Origin: Terriglobia bacterium
Lineage (GTDB): Bacteria; Acidobacteriota; Terriglobia; JAIQFV01
Reading direction: 5' to 3'
Length of the DNA stretch: 64,000 bases
Assembly: GCA_028716525.1 (NCBI GenBank)
Contig: JAQUPQ010000007.1
Span: forward strand, 64,196 to 128,195
Part shown: positions 59,767-64,000 of the stretch, in pieces
How the letters are laid out: the number at the start of each line of letters is the position of its first letter
Position numbering within the stretch: the first letter of the stretch is position 1
Program-made: the position numbers and the translations under genes
Notes under the pieces: model-generated
The model's input: the letters and a program-made list of their open reading frames with translations, nothing else
Told to the model about the DNA's origin: nothing
Database searches by the model: none

Positions 59767-62136
59767 ATGAAGACAAAAACTCTTTCCCCGGAGATGCTCC
59801 ACAAGATGGATGCCTATTGGCGCGCCGCCAATTATCTTTCCGTCGGCCAAATCTATCTGTACGACAATCCGCTGCTCAAACGCCCGCTGGCGTTCGCCGA
59901 TGTGAAGCACATGCTGCTGGGGCACTGGGGCACGACACCCGGGCAGAACTTCATCTACGTACACCTGAACCGGGTCATCAAGAAATACGACCTCGACATG
60001 ATCTACGTCTCCGGCCCCGGGCACGGCGGCCCGGCCGTCGTGGGCAATACTTATCTCGAGGGCACTTACAGTGAGATCTATCCCAACATCAGCCAGGATG
60101 AGGCCGGGCTGCGGAAACTCTTTATTCAGTTTTCCTTTCCCGGAGGAATTCCCAGCCACGCATCGCCGGAATGTCCGGGCTCGATCCACGAGGGCGGCGA
60201 GCTGGGCTACTCGCTCAGCCATTCGTTCGGGGCGGTGTTTGACAATCCCGACCTCGTCGTCGCCTGCGTCGTCGGCGATGGCGAGGCGGAAACCGGACCG
60301 CTGGCCACGGCGTGGCATTCCAATAAGTTCCTCAATCCGGCCACCGACGGCGCAGTGCTGCCGATCCTGCACCTCAATGGTTACAAGATCAGCAACCCGA
60401 CCGTCCTCGCCCGCATCACTCGCGAGGAATTGGAACAGTTGCTCCGCGGCTACGGGTGGACGCCCTACTTCGTCGAGGGTCACGAGCCCAAGCTGATGCA
60501 TGAGGCCATGGCCGCGACACTTGATACGGCGGTGGAGCAGATCAAAAAAATCCAGCAGGACGCCCGCATCCACGGCAACATCGCGCGTCCCCGCTGGCCG
60601 ATGATCGTTCTCAATTCACCCAAGGGCTGGACAGGACCGAAAGTCGTCGATGGTCTGCAGATTGAAGGCACGTTCCGTTCGCACCAGGTGCCCCTCTCCG
60701 TTGACGCCTCGCATCCCGAACACCTCAGGCTGTTGGAAGACTGGCTGAGGAGCTACCGGCCGGAGCAGCTCTTCGATGAGCAGGGCCGCCTGAAACTGGA
60801 GCTGGCCGAACTTGCGCCTAAGGGCGAACGGCGCATGGGCGCGAATCCACACGCCAACGGCGGCATACTGCTCCGCGATTTGCATATGCCGGATTTCCGC
60901 GACTATGCGGTCGACGTGTCCTCGCCGGGGGGGCGCGGCATCGGCGACACGCATGTGCTCGGGCGCTTCTTGCGCGACGCGGCGAAGCTGAACAGCGAGC
61001 AGCGGAATTTCCGGATCTTCGGTCCCGATGAGACGCTCTCGAACGGCCTGGAGGCTCTCTTTGAATCGACCAACCGCCAATGGGACGCCACGACCGGGCC
61101 GAACGACGAGTTTCTCGCGCCCACCGGGCGCGTGATGGAAATGCTCAGCGAGCACCAATGCGAAGGCTGGCTCGAGGGCTATCTCCTTACCGGACGGCAT
61201 GGACTCTTCAACTGTTACGAGGCGTTTATCCACATTGTCGATTCGATGTTCAACCAGCACGCCAAGTGGTTGAAGGTCACGTCGCACCTGCCGTGGCGAC
61301 GGAAGATCGCCTCGTTAAACTACCTGCTGGCCTCGCATGTGTGGCGCCAGGATCACAACGGCTTTACGCACCAGGATCCCGGTTTTCTCGATGTCGTCGT
61401 GAATAAGAAGGCCGAGATCGTGCGGGTTTACCTTCCGCCGGATGCCAACTGCCTGCTGTCTGTGATGGACCATTGCTTGCGCAGCCGGCACTACGTCAAC
61501 GTGGTGATCGCGGGCAAACACCCGGCGCCGCAGTGGCTGACGATGGACGCCGCCGTCAAGCACTGCACCGAGGGCATCGGCATCTGGCAGTGGGCCAGCA
61601 ACGACCAGGGCGTTGCACCCGACGTGGTCATGGCCTGCTGCGGCGACGTGCCGACGCTCGAGACGCTCGCCGCCGTCTCCATCCTGCGCGAGCATCTGCC
61701 CGACCTCAGGATCCGGGTGGTCAACGTCGTCGACCTCATGAAGCTGCAACCACAAACCGAGCACCCGCATGGATTGAGTGATGTGGATTTCGATGAGCTC
61801 TTTACCAAAGATAAGCCCGTCATCTTTGCCTTCCATGCCTACCCGTGGTTGATCCACCGGCTGACCTATCGCCGCACCAATCACGACAACATCCACGTCC
61901 GCGGCTACAAGGAGGAAGGCACCATCACCACGCCCTTCGACATGACAGTACTGAACGATCTGGACCGCTTCCACCTGGTGATGGACACCATCGACCGCCT
62001 GCCGCAAACCGGCGACAAGGGCATCTACCTGAAGCAGCAGCTCAAGGACAAACTGATCGAGCACAAGCAATACATCGACAAATACGGCGAAGACCTCCCG
62101 GAAATTCGGAATTGGAAGTGGAGCAACCCCCAATGA
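59767..62136 (+). CDS. xfp: xylulose-5-phosphate/fructose-6-phosphate phosphoketolase
   Basis: 789 aa. N-terminal …[22 protein letters not shown]…[18 protein letters not shown]… and TPP-binding [22 protein letters not shown] motifs. Confidence 0.9.
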   Translation: MKTKTLSPEMLHKMDAYWRAANYLSVGQIYLYDNPLLKRPLAFADVKHMLLGHWGTTPGQNFIYVHLNRVIKKYDLDMIYVSGPGHGGPAVVGNTYLEGTYSEIYPNISQDEAGLRKLFIQFSFPGGIPSHASPECPGSIHEGGELGYSLSHSFGAVFDNPDLVVACVVGDGEAETGPLATAWHSNKFLNPATDGAVLPILHLNGYKISNPTVLARITREELEQLLRGYGWTPYFVEGHEPKLMHEAMAATLDTAVEQIKKIQQDARIHGNIARPRWPMIVLNSPKGWTGPKVVDGLQIEGTFRSHQVPLSVDASHPEHLRLLEDWLRSYRPEQLFDEQGRLKLELAELAPKGERRMGANPHANGGILLRDLHMPDFRDYAVDVSSPGGRGIGDTHVLGRFLRDAAKLNSEQRNFRIFGPDETLSNGLEALFESTNRQWDATTGPNDEFLAPTGRVMEMLSEHQCEGWLEGYLLTGRHGLFNCYEAFIHIVDSMFNQHAKWLKVTSHLPWRRKIASLNYLLASHVWRQDHNGFTHQDPGFLDVVVNKKAEIVRVYLPPDANCLLSVMDHCLRSRHYVNVVIAGKHPAPQWLTMDAAVKHCTEGIGIWQWASNDQGVAPDVVMACCGDVPTLETLAAVSILREHLPDLRIRVVNVVDLMKLQPQTEHPHGLSDVDFDELFTKDKPVIFAFHAYPWLIHRLTYRRTNHDNIHVRGYKEEGTITTPFDMTVLNDLDRFHLVMDTIDRLPQTGDKGIYLKQQLKDKLIEHKQYIDKYGEDLPEIRNWKWSNPQ

Positions 62137-62223
62137 ATGCGCAAGACCTTATAGACACCGCGAGAACGCTGGTCGACGATGACAAAGGTTTGCTCGCGAT
62201 GGATGAAAGTAAAGAGACATAAT

Positions 62224-63213
62224 ATGAATCAAATATCCCTGTATCCCCTGCGATTCGAACCCATCTACCAGTATCGGCTCTGGGGCGGCCGGCGTTTGGC
62301 CGACGTGCTCTCCGCGCCTTTGCCGGGCGACAGCCCCATCGGCGAAGCGTGGGTACTGAGTGATCGCGATGACCATGCGAGCCACGTCGCCAATGGACCG
62401 CTCAAAGGACGGACCATCGGGCAATTGCTTGAGCTGTGGCCGGAGGAGTTGATGGGCAGACTGGCCGGGCGCTTTCGCCGGTTCCCACTGCTCTTGAAGT
62501 TCCTCGATGCGCGCGACATGCTCTCCGTCCAGGTGCATCCTTCCGATCGGCAAACGAACTTTCTGCCGCCGGGCGAGACCGGGAAGACCGAAGCCTGGGT
62601 CGTGCTGGAAGCGGGAACAGAAAGCCGCATCTATGCGGGCCTGAAGCCAGGCGCCACGGCAGACGTTCTGCGGCGAGCGATCGCGGATCAGACTGTGGCG
62701 GATCACCTGGCATCCTTCACTCCGAAGCCCGGGGACGGCGTCTTCTTACCGGCTGGGACGGTTCACTCTCTGGGCGACGTCGTGGTGTTCGAGGTTCAGC
62801 AGAACAGCGATGTGACGTTTCGCCTGTACGACTGGGACCACGTGGATGCCAAGACCGGCCAGCGTCGCGCTCTGCAAGTTGAGCAAGCGATGGCCTGCAT
62901 TGATTTGGCTCAAGGTCCGGTCGGTCCGGTGGCGCCTGCGGTGGAGGCGACGACGCCGGTGGAGCGCGAGAGGCTTTTTCAATGTGAGCATTTCCGGTTG
63001 TGGCGCCTGCGCGGTGAGTCGCCGTTCCCCGTTGGCGCCACGGGTGTGCCCCGCGTGCTGATATGCATCGAGGGCACGGGGCAGGTCGAGCACAATGGCG
63101 CCAATTATGCCATCGGCAAAGGCGATGTGTTGCTCTTGCCGGGGGCGATCGGAGCATGTACTTTTCGGCCGCGCAGCACAGTGAGCTTGTTGGAAATTGC
63201 GATACCGGAATAG
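62224..63213 (+). CDS. manA: type I phosphomannose isomerase (mannose-6-phosphate isomerase)
   Basis: …YPLRFEPIYQYRLWGGRRL…, zinc-ligand region …VQVHPSD…, …GDGVFLPAGTVHSLG…. Confidence 0.75.
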   Translation: MNQISLYPLRFEPIYQYRLWGGRRLADVLSAPLPGDSPIGEAWVLSDRDDHASHVANGPLKGRTIGQLLELWPEELMGRLAGRFRRFPLLLKFLDARDMLSVQVHPSDRQTNFLPPGETGKTEAWVVLEAGTESRIYAGLKPGATADVLRRAIADQTVADHLASFTPKPGDGVFLPAGTVHSLGDVVVFEVQQNSDVTFRLYDWDHVDAKTGQRRALQVEQAMACIDLAQGPVGPVAPAVEATTPVERERLFQCEHFRLWRLRGESPFPVGATGVPRVLICIEGTGQVEHNGANYAIGKGDVLLLPGAIGACTFRPRSTVSLLEIAIPE

Positions 63214-63294
63214 TCCGCAACCAGCCAACAGCGGGATGCTTGGCGGGGCCGGAAACTCTATTGGAGATCGCAAGAATTCAGAGGCGGAAGAAAA

Positions 63295-64000
63295 ATGAAA
63301 AAGCTGATTGTTTATGATTTGGACGGCACACTTGCCGAGAGCAAATCGTCTCTTGACGCAGAAATGTCGACGCGGCTGCATGACCTTCTCGGTGTCGTCA
63401 AGGTGGCCGTGATTTCCGGAGGCGATTGGCCCCAGTTTGAAAAACAAGTGCTCTCCCATCTTCCTCATGACGAACGCTTGGTGAACCTCTCCCTGCTTCC
63501 TACCTGTGGAACAAAGTTCTTTCAATACGCCGGGGATTGGAAAAAGATCTATTCAGAAGATTTCACCGCGGATGAAAAAGAGAAAATCGTTAGTTCTTTC
63601 AAGAAGGCGCTCGGAGCAGCGGGCTACAAGGTCGAAAAGGTCTGGGGAGAGGTCATTGAAGACCGGGGAAGCCAGATAACATTTTCCGCCTTGGGTCAGC
63701 AGGCCCCCTTGGAAGAAAAGAACAAATGGGACCCTGATTTCAGCAAGCGGAAGAAGATAAAAGCGCTCCTCGATAAGCTTATCCCGGAGTTTTCCGTGCG
63801 CCTGGGTGGTACGACATCCGTTGACGTCACCAAGCCTGGCATCGACAAAGCCTACGGAATCAGAAAACTCCGAGACACTCTTGGCATTGCAATTCATGAG
63901 ATGATTTTTATCGGGGATGCCTTGTTCCCGGGTGGAAACGACTATCCGGCCGAACAAGCAGGTGTTGTTTCCATCCCTGTGCGAGGTCCCCAGGAGACTA
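63295..64000 (+). CDS. HAD-IIB family hydrolase, eukaryotic-type phosphomannomutase-like (5' partial view; runs off window end)
   Basis: MKKLIVYDLDGTLAESKSSL… (DxDGT motif I), …VAVISGGDWPQF…, …IFIGDALFPGGNDYP…. No stop before position 64000. Confidence 0.55.
   Translation, partial: MKKLIVYDLDGTLAESKSSLDAEMSTRLHDLLGVVKVAVISGGDWPQFEKQVLSHLPHDERLVNLSLLPTCGTKFFQYAGDWKKIYSEDFTADEKEKIVSSFKKALGAAGYKVEKVWGEVIEDRGSQITFSALGQQAPLEEKNKWDPDFSKRKKIKALLDKLIPEFSVRLGGTTSVDVTKPGIDKAYGIRKLRDTLGIAIHEMIFIGDALFPGGNDYPAEQAGVVSIPVRGPQET

Overview
The window is high-GC bacterial chromosome, densely coded, with no rRNA, tRNA or CRISPR seen. The gene content (heme-binding-domain proteins, a YVTN beta-propeller fusion, many secreted proteins) suggests an Acidobacteriota-like organism, but that is an inference only.

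The first ~29 kb is mostly housekeeping or metabolic:
- an MBL hydrolase at the window edge
- two tandem radical-SAM enzymes next to a GT9 glycosyltransferase
- thiC
- an MFS transporter plus a PEP-mutase/isocitrate-lyase-family gene
- a SorAB-type sulfite dehydrogenase
- a VKOR-DsbA fusion
- a glycogen debranching enzyme
- the rpoD, RRM-protein and DEAD-box helicase genes

The most interesting part is 29.4-56.8 kb. A ~75-bp extended promoter module occurs seven times there. Each copy has two upstream boxes (TGAGCAnTTTTGAYCAA and GTGAGCAGTACTGGAC), a -35-like TGACACGC and a -10 GGTATAAGA. Each is correctly oriented upstream of a distinct stress-type gene or operon:
- a Gln-rich tandem-repeat secreted protein
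- an RcnB-like / CsbD / SYLF / Met-rich protein block
- DUF3309 / Thivi_2564 / tetraheme cytochrome c3
- a YflT-like glycine-zipper protein
- a Zn-dependent PLC-like protein
- an EncFtn-encapsulin nanocompartment operon
- a DUF5329 / Fe-Mn SOD operon

Two paralogous Crp/Fnr regulators sit inside the island. This looks like a compact, previously uncharacterised general/oxidative-stress regulon with a distinctive cis-regulatory module.

Other notable items: a truncated, very GC-rich FtsX permease fragment next to mgtA; a large secreted DUF3494 (ice-binding-like) protein; a degraded HAD gene overlapping ackA; an ackA-xfp phosphoketolase module; and manA with a PMM-like gene at the window end.
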